Origin: Planctomycetota bacterium
GTDB taxonomy: Bacteria; Planctomycetota; JAJSAM01; JAJVHW01
NCBI GenBank assembly: GCA_965248445.1
Contig: CBDFJG010000001.1
Span: 544,001-608,000, forward strand
Length of the DNA stretch: 64,000 bases
Direction of reading: 5' to 3'
Shown: piece after piece, positions 20,460-29,575 of the stretch
How the letters are laid out: every line of letters begins with the position of its first letter
Position numbering within the stretch: position 1 is the first letter of the stretch
Made by a program: the position numbers and the translations under genes
The notes under the pieces: generated by a model
What the model was told of the DNA's origin: nothing
What the model saw: only the letters and a program-made list of their open reading frames with translations
Database searches by the model: none

Positions 20460-22985
20460 CTACTGCTCGATGTCGAAGTCCCGATTCCCGAGAAGCTCTC
20501 GAGTCTGGCCCTGGATCGTCACGTCCGCCGCGCTGTCCGTCGCCGGCAGGTTCTGCAGATCGGGCACGCCGTAGAACAGGTAGACCACGCCGCTCGGGTC
20601 GCCCGGCGGCCCGAACGTGAACGGGGACGCGACGTACACGTCCATGCGGCCATCGCCGTTGACGTCGCCCTTGCCCGCATACGTTCCGAAGCCGGCTGCC
20701 CTCTCGCTGCCGCCGATCCGCCGGGACGCCCCGGTCTGCTGGATCGTACCGATGAGATCGGTGGTGCGGAAGACGAAGGCCGCGCCGCCGAGGGAGACGC
20801 TCAGGGACGTGTTGGAGTCCGGAATGACCAACTCGTCCCGGCCATTGCCGTCCAGGTCCGCGGCCAGCATGACTTCGACCCCCCATGACTGCAGGGACGG
20901 GTTGATCTTGACGTCGGCGTCGCTGGTGGACTTCGAGCCGAACGATGCCCCGCCCTGGAACAGCCACACGGCTCCGCTGAACCCGCCCGTGAGGGGGTCG
21001 AACAGGATCAGGTCGCCTGTGGAGTCTCCGATCACGTCGGCGATCAGCGACACGAAGCCGAGCGACTCCGTGGATTCCGCAGCCGTGATCACCGCGCCCG
21101 CCGAAGCGAGTGTCGGCTGATCCAGGAGAGACAGTGCGCTGCCGCCGGCGAACACGTAGACGTCGTTGCCGCCGTCGCCCCCTTGCTGCAACGACACAAT
21201 GTCGTCCTTCGTATCCCCGAAGAGGTTGCCACACGCACGCACCCAGAGGACCGTGGAGCCCTCGCCCGTGACCTTCTGGCTCGCGTTGCTCGAGAGCCCG
21301 TTCACGATCACCGCCGCATCGAACACGTAGATGAAGGGCTTGAAATCCGGAGAGGATCCGAACGACGTGACGACCAGATCCAGACGTCCGTCGCCGATCA
21401 CGTCGCCCACGCAGATCGAGTTCCCGAACCCCTCCTGGCTGACGCCGCCGATCGTGACGTCGGCGTCGGCGAACGGATTGATCGAGCCCGCGAACCCCGC
21501 GCCGCCGAAGAAGATGTGCACCGCGCCGTCGATGTTGTTCGCGAACTGGTCCGCGACGATCAGGTCGTCCTGCCCGTCGCCGGAGAGGTCGGCTACTACG
21601 AAGCTCTGCCCGAACAGGTCGAACTGGTCCCCGGATGCAAAGAACGCGTCCACCGACGTGGCGGTTGAGAGCGCGGACGGCAGTGTGTCGCTGCCGAAGA
21701 TCACTTGCACGTTGTTCGGGTTGAGCGCTGCTCCGCCCGCGCTTCCGGTCGCGATGACGATATCCGCGAACTGGTCGCCGTTCAGGTCGCCCGGCACTGT
21801 CATCGGCGGGACCACGCGATCCACGGAGCCGACGGCCTGGTACTCGCTGAAGTGCGAGACGATGGCCGTGATGAGGCCCGCACCGAAATCGACCGTGAAG
21901 TCGGTGACGTCCAGCAGTGCGATGTTCCCGTCCTCGTCCTTCACCGCGACCTGCACGTCGCCGGCCTCGTTGAACAGCGCCGGGTTGAACGGCAGGATGA
22001 TCGTCGCGGCCACTCCGAACTGAAGGCCGTCCGGACCGAAGAACACCGCGGGACCGCCGGGGTCGGTCCCGTCGACCGGCACGCCGAGACCGCTTCCGAT
22101 GATGATTGCCGACGGCTTGCCGAGCGCACCCGGTGGGACGAACACGGCTGCGCCTAAGAGGTCACCGAGCTCCCCCTCGGTGATGGCGAGGTTGCCCCCG
22201 GCCGGACCGATCACCTTGCCCCGTGCGTCGTCGCTGGCGAGTTTCGCGTCCGTGATCTCGACGATCTGCTTCTTGTCGGTCTTCGGCGCCTTGATGCCGA
22301 TCGAGACGTCGACGTCGCCCCCCGGACCGGTGCTCGAGACGAACAACAGGTGATTGCCGAAGTCGCCGAGCACGACGTCCTTCTGCTTGTGCTTGCTCGC
22401 CCCTGCCTCGGGGGCCGGGAACGTGAACTCCGGGTCGTCGCCGCCGATGTCGACGGTCTCCATCACCGGCTCCGCATCCGATCGCTTGCTGGCCTTCGCC
22501 TGGAACTTGCACTTCGCGCCGGGATCGATCGCGAAGCCGACAATCTGCTGGCCGCCGGAAGTGTCCACCGTCTCCTTGAACTTCTTGGAGCTCTTCCACT
22601 TGACCTTCGCTTCGTAGTTCCCGACGGCGCTTGCCTGGATCACGACGCGGTACTTGCCGCTGACGGGAATCGGGAGCTTCTTGAGCTTCGCCCCGACACC
22701 TTTGACCGAGACCAGTCCGGCGGAGATCTCGGTGTCGCCCTGGTCGAGCACCTTGAAGGTCACGTTCGGCGCGGGAGTCCCGCCCTTGACCTTCTTGCCC
22801 TTTACAGAAACGGACAGCGTCGCACCGGCAGGAATGCACGCTGTGAGCGTCTCGAGCTCGTCCACCGGGTCGATCGTGCCGCGGACCTTCTGTCCGTTGG
22901 CGACCTCGATGTCGATGTCCGCGCGGCCGGTTGCCACGAGCGTGATCAGCACGAGGAGCGAAGCAAACGCGAATCGGCGGGACAT
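20460..22985 (-). CDS. Secreted FG-GAP/integrin-alpha repeat protein with ZU5-like domain
   Basis: Signal peptide; GDLNGDQFAD, ADLSGDGQDD, GDVNGDGRMD repeats; VPPGAL...FGPDGLQF. Confidence 0.8.
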   Translation of the reverse strand: MSRRFAFASLLVLITLVATGRADIDIEVANGQKVRGTIDPVDELETLTACIPAGATLSVSVKGKKVKGGTPAPNVTFKVLDQGDTEISAGLVSVKGVGAKLKKLPIPVSGKYRVVIQASAVGNYEAKVKWKSSKKFKETVDTSGGQQIVGFAIDPGAKCKFQAKASKRSDAEPVMETVDIGGDDPEFTFPAPEAGASKHKQKDVVLGDFGNHLLFVSSTGPGGDVDVSIGIKAPKTDKKQIVEITDAKLASDDARGKVIGPAGGNLAITEGELGDLLGAAVFVPPGALGKPSAIIIGSGLGVPVDGTDPGGPAVFFGPDGLQFGVAATIILPFNPALFNEAGDVQVAVKDEDGNIALLDVTDFTVDFGAGLITAIVSHFSEYQAVGSVDRVVPPMTVPGDLNGDQFADIVIATGSAGGAALNPNNVQVIFGSDTLPSALSTATSVDAFFASGDQFDLFGQSFVVADLSGDGQDDLIVADQFANNIDGAVHIFFGGAGFAGSINPFADADVTIGGVSQEGFGNSICVGDVIGDGRLDLVVTSFGSSPDFKPFIYVFDAAVIVNGLSSNASQKVTGEGSTVLWVRACGNLFGDTKDDIVSLQQGGDGGNDVYVFAGGSALSLLDQPTLASAGAVITAAESTESLGFVSLIADVIGDSTGDLILFDPLTGGFSGAVWLFQGGASFGSKSTSDADVKINPSLQSWGVEVMLAADLDGNGRDELVIPDSNTSLSVSLGGAAFVFRTTDLIGTIQQTGASRRIGGSERAAGFGTYAGKGDVNGDGRMDVYVASPFTFGPPGDPSGVVYLFYGVPDLQNLPATDSAADVTIQGQTRELLGNRDFDIEQ

Positions 22986-23122
22986 GACTCACCTCCCCCC
23001 GACCAGTATGCCACCCCTATGCCATGACCGCCCTGTCCCGTGAGCCCGGCCTGGCTGCGCTACTGGCCGGAGCCGAACTCCTGGTTCCCGATCGCCTCAT
23101 CCCCAGCGCCGTCGATGATGAG

Positions 23123-23376
23123 GTGTCACCCGCATCGAGCACCTTGAACGTGACGTTCGGCGCCGGAGTCCCGCCCTTCACCTTCTTGTCCTTGGCGATG
23201 ACGGTAAGCGTGGAGTCGCCTGGGATGCAGAGGGTGAGCGTCTCCTTCTCGGAGACGGGGTCGATCGTCCCGCGGACCTTCTGTCCGTTGGCGATCTCGA
23301 TGTCGACGTCGGCGCGGCTCTGCACGCAGAGCGCCGCGAGGACGACGCACGCGGCGATCACGATCCGATTCCGCAT
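23123..23376 (-). pseudogene. Truncated paralogue of the N-terminus of the FG-GAP protein
   Basis: ADVDIEIANGQKVRGTIDPV...KKVKGGTPAPNVTFKVLD nearly identical to the 22985 protein, then similarity stops. Confidence 0.75.
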
Positions 23377-23545
23377 TCCCCACCTCCACTGGACGGCGCC
23401 CGGCCGCCACAACCTAGAGCTCCACGGCTGCGAACGGCCGCAGCCGGTCAACGTCCGATCTCCCAGGCGCAGCTCCAGAGCGCGCCCGGAATCACGAACG
23501 CGGGCTCCGTGAGGAACCCGCGTCGTGATGTCTCCTGAGCGTGGC

Positions 23546-24461
23546 TCAGGGGATGAAGACGTTACCCGTGCCGGAGTCACTCACGTTCGTACCCGAGATC
23601 CCCACGAACACGTTGCCCGGTCCGATCTGGTTGTTGTCACTCCCCGGCAGCAGACGCACGCCCGTGGTGAGGCTCTTGAGCTTGTTGGCGCGGATCGTGT
23701 TGCCGTCGGAGGTGTGCATCTCGATGCCCGTTCCGGCGCCGATCACCTTGTTGCGGCGCACGACGGAGTCGACCAAGTTGCCGGTGTAGATGCCGATGGC
23801 GCCGGGGTTCGCGAGCAGGATCTTGTTCCGGTCGACGAGGACGTCGTCTTCGTAGACGACGATCCCGTACTCGGCCGCGCCGGTGATCTTGTTACCGCGC
23901 ACGACGGCGTTCCCGGCCGTGGCCCGGATGCCACGCGGCATCCCCTCGATACGGCAGCCCTCGACCAGCTGGTCGACGGTGGGCGACGTCGGTTCGAGGT
24001 AGATCCCGTAGACGAACCCAGCACCGACCGGCGCGAACACCTTGCACTTCAGGGCCTGGAGGCGCTCAGCGACGCGCAGCTCGAACACATGTCCCGTCGG
24101 GGCGCCGGTGAAGGTCGCGCTCACGCGCTCCATGGAGAGTCGGTCACACGCGCACGCCGCCAGGTGCGCTCATCGAGAGCTTCTGCAGCGTGACACCCGA
24201 TGAGTTGAGCACGCGCATCGCGTACCCACCGCCGGCCTGGATGACCGTGGTGCCCTTACCGCGGATGAGCAGGTTGTCGACGTTGTTGACGACCACGTTC
24301 TCGGCGTACGTGCCGCCGACGATGAGGATGACGTCTCCGTCATTCGCCGCATTCACGGCGCCCTGGATCGTCAGGTGGTCTTGCGGGACCCTCAGCACGT
24401 CGGCCATCGCCGTCGTCGTCAGAAGACCCAGTACCAAGCTCGAAAGCATGAACTTGCGCAT
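23546..24461 (-). pseudogene. Right-handed parallel beta-helix (NosD/pectin-lyase-like) secreted protein, frameshifted near 24145
   Basis: VPQDHLTIQGAV...GTYAENV continues in another frame as CDRLSMERVS...; GGAGG RBS. Confidence 0.75.
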
Positions 24462-24687
24462 CTCTTCCTCCTTCGAGGCCGGGTGGGCAACCAGCCCGCC
24501 GTTTCTTGGCCTCGACCCCCTGAACACGGGGGTGCGGAAGGCGCCGCAAGGTCGAGGCTTGTTCGAAGGAGGGACCCGAGCCTGGCCAGGCTCAGGGGGA
24601 ACTCAGCGTCAGGGCGCGGGGGGTGCAGCGCATCCCCCGTGACCGCAGCCCTCCGTAGCGGTCGGAGACCGCGTAGGAGGGAGACAC

Positions 24688-24745
24688 CCGTAGATGCCGC
24701 GGGCACGGGGATCGCCCCGCGATCCCCGTGCGGGCGCATCTACGG
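24688..24745. terminator. Long hairpin at the 3' end of the Rieske-like gene
   Basis: GCACGGGGATCGC/GCGATCCCCGTGC inner stem, CCGTAGATGC/GCATCTACGG outer stem; no U-tract. Confidence 0.5.
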
Positions 24746-25285
24746 CGTCTGGAGACGGATCTCGAGGTCCTGAGCGTCGTCCACGTACGCCTCGACCAGG
24801 AGGGTCCCGAGTCGGGAGGCGGCGGGGCCCGCAGTGGGCTCTCCGTCCAGCCTCCAGAGAGACTGGCAGCCCGGGCAGATCAGCCGGTCCAGGCTCTCAT
24901 CCCACTCGAGGTCGCTACCGTCCACCGGACACTCCGCCGTGCAGGCAGCCAGGTGCGTCGTGTGGACCCGGACGAGCACCACGTTCTCCGTGAGTTCCTC
25001 TCCCCGCACGATACGGCTGGTGCCGACCCCGAGCCTGCGGCCGTGCAGGTCCACCTGCCACGTCCCGGGCATGACCGGAACCGCTGTCGCGAATTCATCC
25101 GAGGGGCGAGTGATTCGCGAATACGTGCCGGCGGGCGCCGTGGGCACCGGGGACCGCGAAACCGGGATCTCGGGTGCTGCGCCGCTCTCGCGGCCGAGGT
25201 CCTCGTGGAGGCGCCGCAGGCCCCGGCCGAACACGTCCAGCAGCCGCCGCCGGGACAGGCCCTCGCGGTCGTCGTCGCCTCCCAC
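24740..25285 (-). CDS. Rieske-fold-like protein with non-canonical ligand motifs
   Basis: SRRRLL; ECPVDGSDL...ICPGCQSLWRLDG...GPA spaced like Rieske boxes. Confidence 0.6.
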   Translation of the reverse strand: MGGDDDREGLSRRRLLDVFGRGLRRLHEDLGRESGAAPEIPVSRSPVPTAPAGTYSRITRPSDEFATAVPVMPGTWQVDLHGRRLGVGTSRIVRGEELTENVVLVRVHTTHLAACTAECPVDGSDLEWDESLDRLICPGCQSLWRLDGEPTAGPAASRLGTLLVEAYVDDAQDLEIRLQTP

Positions 25286-25290
25286 GCTCG

Positions 25291-26475
25291 TCAGGCCCTT
25301 TCGAACAGGACCGCCATGCCCATGCCTCCGGAGACGCAGAGCGTCGCAATGCCCCTCCGGGCGCCGCGTCTCTTCATCTCGTGAAGCAGCGTGACACAGA
25401 TTCGCGAGCCCGTCGCGCCGATCGGATGCCCGAGTGCAATCGCGCCGCCGTTGACGTTCATCCGATCTCCGTCGATGTGCAGATCCCGGTCGCACGCGAT
25501 CACCTGCGCCGCGAACGCCTCGTTCAGCTCGATGAGGTCGATGTCGTCGAGCGACAGGCTCTGCCGCTCGAGCAGTTGCCGCACGGCCGGCACCGGGCCG
25601 ATGCCCATGATGTTGGGGTCGACCCCGGCGACGGTCCAGTCGACCACGCGTGCCATCGGCTCCACGCCGAGCGCCTCTGCGCGCTCCGCCGTCAGCACGA
25701 CCATGGCCGCAGCTCCGTCCGTGATGCCCGAGGAGTTGCCGGCGTGGACCGTGCCGTCCTTCTTGAAGACGGGCTTCAGCTTCTTCATGCGCTCCGCGGT
25801 GCTGTCCGCCCGCGGGTGCTCGTCGGTGTCGACGATCGTCGGGCCCTTGCGCCCGGGGATCTCGATCGCGAACGACTCGTCCTGCCAGACACCCCGCTCG
25901 GTGGCCGCGGCACATCGTGCCTGAGACCGCTCTGCATAGGCGTCCTGCTCGTCGCGGGAGATGTCGTACTGCTCCGCCAGGTTCTCCGCCGTCTTGCCCA
26001 TGAGCTGATCGGAGATCGGACACTGGAAGCCGTCGCGGTACATCCCGTCCACGACCTCGGAGTTGCCGAGGCGGTAGCCGAAGCGCGCGTTCAGCAGGAA
26101 GTACGGCGTGTTCGACATCGACTCGGTACCGCCGACCAGGAGCGTGTCGCGCCGTCCGAGCTGGATCGCATCGTGGGCAAGCGCGACCGCCTTGAGCGAC
26201 GACGCGCAGGCCTTGTTCACCGTCATGGCGGGAGAGCTGACGGGAACGCCGGCGCGGACCGAGACCTGCCGCGCCGTGTTGGTGCCGCCGCCGGCCTGCC
26301 GGCCGTGGCCGAAGAGCGTCTCCTGGACGTGCTCCGGCCCAACCCCGGAGCGGCGCAGCGCCTCGGTCGCTGCGGCAACTCCGAGGTCGGCGGGACTGAG
26401 CTTGATCAGCCCGCCCCCGAACCTCCCGATCGGGGTCCGGACCGCTCCGGCAACGACAACTTCAACTGCGGACAT
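25291..26475 (-). CDS. Acetyl-CoA C-acyltransferase (thiolase)
   Basis: RTPIG, NKACASS, NEAFA, GGAIALGHPIGATG, CVSGGMG. Confidence 0.95.
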   Translation of the reverse strand: MSAVEVVVAGAVRTPIGRFGGGLIKLSPADLGVAAATEALRRSGVGPEHVQETLFGHGRQAGGGTNTARQVSVRAGVPVSSPAMTVNKACASSLKAVALAHDAIQLGRRDTLLVGGTESMSNTPYFLLNARFGYRLGNSEVVDGMYRDGFQCPISDQLMGKTAENLAEQYDISRDEQDAYAERSQARCAAATERGVWQDESFAIEIPGRKGPTIVDTDEHPRADSTAERMKKLKPVFKKDGTVHAGNSSGITDGAAAMVVLTAERAEALGVEPMARVVDWTVAGVDPNIMGIGPVPAVRQLLERQSLSLDDIDLIELNEAFAAQVIACDRDLHIDGDRMNVNGGAIALGHPIGATGSRICVTLLHEMKRRGARRGIATLCVSGGMGMAVLFERA

Positions 26476-27030
26476 CGAATTCCTCCGAACTCTTGTCTTG
26501 CGAACGCGAGAGCGTACCCGAGGCGGTGTGACGGGGGACACGTCGCACGGGGCGTAGCCGCCTCGAAACCGTGGAAAACCAAGGCGTGGGGGCCGGCCGG
26601 GCCGGAGGGGCGCTATCCTCAGATGCCGGAACAATGGGAACCCGCCAGGGGCTCCTCAACGTCCGACAGTGTGTCCGGCTCAACCGCTGACGCGGTTGAT
26701 GCGGGGCTCGGCGGCGGATGCCGTCGAAGCACGGAGGAGCCGCTTGGCGGGCGCGTTGTCTTCTGGCTCACCGGCTGACGCCGGTGATGCGGATAGCAGC
26801 GGACAGATCGAAGAGACAAAACGCGGAGAGACGGTTGATGCCCGCCCGAGACGACCACGAACTGAGCCTGGCCGCGCTGCGGCCGGCGTCCCCGATTGGG
26901 GACAGAACGGTCGTCTCTCGCCCTCAGCCCGTTCGGCCCGCGGTTCGCGTCTCTACCCTGCCAATACCAAAACGGCCCATCCCATGGCATGGATGACGCC
27001 GCGTCCTTGTTCGTCCGGAGGAGGTCCCCG

Positions 27031-28941
27031 ATGAACCACCGATCTCGCACTGCTGCGCGCCACGCGCGTCCCCTCGCTCTCATCACCGCCTTGGCCGTGC
27101 TGGCAGGCTGCTCCGCCGAGCTGACCGACACCGGCGCGCTCGAACGGCAGGATGCCGTGCGCACCGTCGTCGCTCAGGATCTGGCCAAGCGGGTCGCTCC
27201 GCTGCCGGCTCCCGCGGTTCCGGTCGTCGCGGCCGGCGCGCTGCCGGTGACGGCGATCGCGGCTTCAGTGGCCGACATCGCACCCCTCGCGGCACCGCAG
27301 GAAGACGGCGTCCGCTTCGACGGCGAAGCGGCCCGCAAGCTCGCTGAGGAGAACGCGCGCTTGCAGGCCGAGCTCCGCCGCACCACGGAAGAGCTCGAGA
27401 GCACACGTCAGCGGGAGCGCGACCTGCGCCTGCCGCCACCGCCCAAGCCCGTGCTCGTCGAGAGCACGGACGGACAGGCGATCGGCGTCGGCGGCGGCCA
27501 CCCCGTGCCCGACCCGATCCCCGGCACCGTACCGCTGGCCGCAGCGCTCGGAGGGACGGTGTACGACCAAGGTCAGCCCGTCGAACGCGAGGTGGTCACC
27601 GGAGCCCGTGAGGACTTCGTGATCGTCGACGACCGCGAGCCCGAGGTCATTTACGTCGAGGAGCAGGAGCCCGAGGTCATCTACGTCGAGCGCGAGGCGC
27701 CCGCCGTCGTGTACGAGCAGGTGGTCTACGAGACCGAGGTCGTCTACCAGTGGATCCCGTTCGGACACCGCCACTACATCGGCTGCGGACACCACTACTA
27801 CGGCTGCCACGATCACGCCTGGTACTACAACCTCGGCGGTCACTTGGACTTCCATCTGTCCGGGCACGACTGGGATCTGTACTCGCACTTCGGGTACTCG
27901 AACTCGTACCACCACGGCCACCACGGCTACCGCTACCGCCACCACGGCGGCGGCCACCACTTCGCGTACTACGACCGCCACGACGACCATCACGACGACC
28001 ACCGCACCGGTCGCCGCAAGGCCTTCAAGCGCGGCTTCCGCCAGGGCTTCAACGACGGCGTGGCTGCGGGCGGCGGCGTGGGCGGTGTCGGAGGCGGTGG
28101 CGCTGTCCCCGTGCGGCGCCGTCTGGGCGATACGGGCACCACGGCGACGTCATCCACCGCGACGACACGTCGCGGCCGCGACGGCGGCGGTGCGACTGCC
28201 GGGCGGGAGAACCCGCGCGGCCTGAGCCCCACCTCCAGCACCCGGAGTTCGACAGGCCGCACTCGGAGCACGACCGGTCAGGCCACCGAGTCGACGTCCC
28301 CGCGCCGACGCTTCGGCGTCTCCGGAGAGAGCACCTCGCCACGCACGACCCGGCGGGGCTCCGCAACGTCAACCGACCGCGGGACCAGCACGAACACGCG
28401 CCGTGACCGCGGCGCCGTCGCAACGGAGAACCCGGTGACACGCACCCGGCGGGACCGCACGGCCGTGGACACAAACGGGACCACGCGCCGCAGCCAGAAC
28501 ACGCCGACCGTGGTGCGCACGCGCCGCAGTGGTCAAGCGGGCCAGCCCGGCCTCTCCGGGCGCCGTAACGTGAGCCGTACGACGTCGAACGTGACGCGCA
28601 CGACCACTCCCACTGTGCGCACACGCACAACGGCGCCCACGCGGCGCACGCGCACCGCTCCCACACAGCGGACGCAGCGGACGCCGGAGACCCGCACGCG
28701 GACGGCCCCGACCCCTCGGGTCCAGCGCTCGCCGCCGACCCGAACCCGCCGCGCACCGACGACCCGCCGCGCACCCACGACCCGCTCGGCCCCCACGCGC
28801 TCCCCCCAGGTGCGCAGGGCTCCACAGTCAGCGCCGTCACGCACCCGCCGATCGGCACCGAGGCCCCAGCAAAGAGCGGCACCGAGCACGCGAAACCGGG
28901 GCGGTAACGGCGGCGGCGCGAGGCGCCGGCGCAACCGCTGA
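27031..28941 (+). CDS. Hypothetical lipoprotein with coiled coil, His/Tyr-rich segment and long Arg/Thr/Ser-rich tail
   Basis: GGAGG RBS; lipobox LAGC; host-like codon usage. Confidence 0.7.
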   Translation: MNHRSRTAARHARPLALITALAVLAGCSAELTDTGALERQDAVRTVVAQDLAKRVAPLPAPAVPVVAAGALPVTAIAASVADIAPLAAPQEDGVRFDGEAARKLAEENARLQAELRRTTEELESTRQRERDLRLPPPPKPVLVESTDGQAIGVGGGHPVPDPIPGTVPLAAALGGTVYDQGQPVEREVVTGAREDFVIVDDREPEVIYVEEQEPEVIYVEREAPAVVYEQVVYETEVVYQWIPFGHRHYIGCGHHYYGCHDHAWYYNLGGHLDFHLSGHDWDLYSHFGYSNSYHHGHHGYRYRHHGGGHHFAYYDRHDDHHDDHRTGRRKAFKRGFRQGFNDGVAAGGGVGGVGGGGAVPVRRRLGDTGTTATSSTATTRRGRDGGGATAGRENPRGLSPTSSTRSSTGRTRSTTGQATESTSPRRRFGVSGESTSPRTTRRGSATSTDRGTSTNTRRDRGAVATENPVTRTRRDRTAVDTNGTTRRSQNTPTVVRTRRSGQAGQPGLSGRRNVSRTTSNVTRTTTPTVRTRTTAPTRRTRTAPTQRTQRTPETRTRTAPTPRVQRSPPTRTRRAPTTRRAPTTRSAPTRSPQVRRAPQSAPSRTRRSAPRPQQRAAPSTRNRGGNGGGARRRRNR

Positions 28942-28967
28942 CGCACGATTTATCAGACTGAGAGTGA

Positions 28968-28996
28968 GCGAGGGTGCCGCCCGGCGGCACCCTCGC
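28968..28996 (+). terminator. Probable intrinsic terminator
   Basis: 13-bp perfect stem GCGAGGGTGCCGC/GCGGCACCCTCGC just after the stop. Confidence 0.6.
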
Positions 28997-29164
28997 GCTC
29001 GTTTGCAGAGCACGCTCACAGTCACGATACGCGCGGCGGAAGCGCGTCGCGCACCGACCCGTCGGGACGACCTGCAAGACCCCGTTTCTCGCGCTGAGAT
29101 TCGCCTCAAAACGCGAACTTTCGGGAGCCTTCACGCAGGCTCGGATTCGTGCCGATGAGAGCGC

Positions 29165-29575
29165 GTGAGAACAGCTCAGGCCACGGCCCTCCCTCCCGTC
29201 TACACACCCGCATCCGCAGTGAAGGCGCTGCCGCTGATCCGCTCGATCGCGCGTGATGCGCATGCGACGTATCTGCGACTGCGCGAACGCCTCGCCGCGT
29301 TCAACGACTTCAAGTCGCTCGAGGAACTCTCGAGCGATCTGAGCCTTCCACACAAGGTCCGCGACGACCTTGCGGAGTTGCGGGACCACGTCGTCGAACT
29401 CGGTGACCACCTGGGCGCCCGTTTCGGCGAGCCCGAGCTGGGGATCGTGTATCTGGACGCGCGTCTCGGCCGCCGCCGGGTGCAGCTCTGCTGGAAGCTC
29501 GGCGAGGAGACCATCCGGTACTGGATCCCGGTGGACGGCGACTACGACGAGCGCCGGCCGCTCCCGGGCGTCTAG
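29165..29575 (+). CDS. DUF2203 family protein
   Basis: LPLIRSI, ELGIVY, LCWKLGEETIRYW, RRPL. Confidence 0.8.
   Translation: MRTAQATALPPVYTPASAVKALPLIRSIARDAHATYLRLRERLAAFNDFKSLEELSSDLSLPHKVRDDLAELRDHVVELGDHLGARFGEPELGIVYLDARLGRRRVQLCWKLGEETIRYWIPVDGDYDERRPLPGV

Noticed and set aside
24144..24146. Selenocysteine readthrough at TGA
   Set aside because: The protein continues in a different frame, so this is a frameshift, not readthrough.
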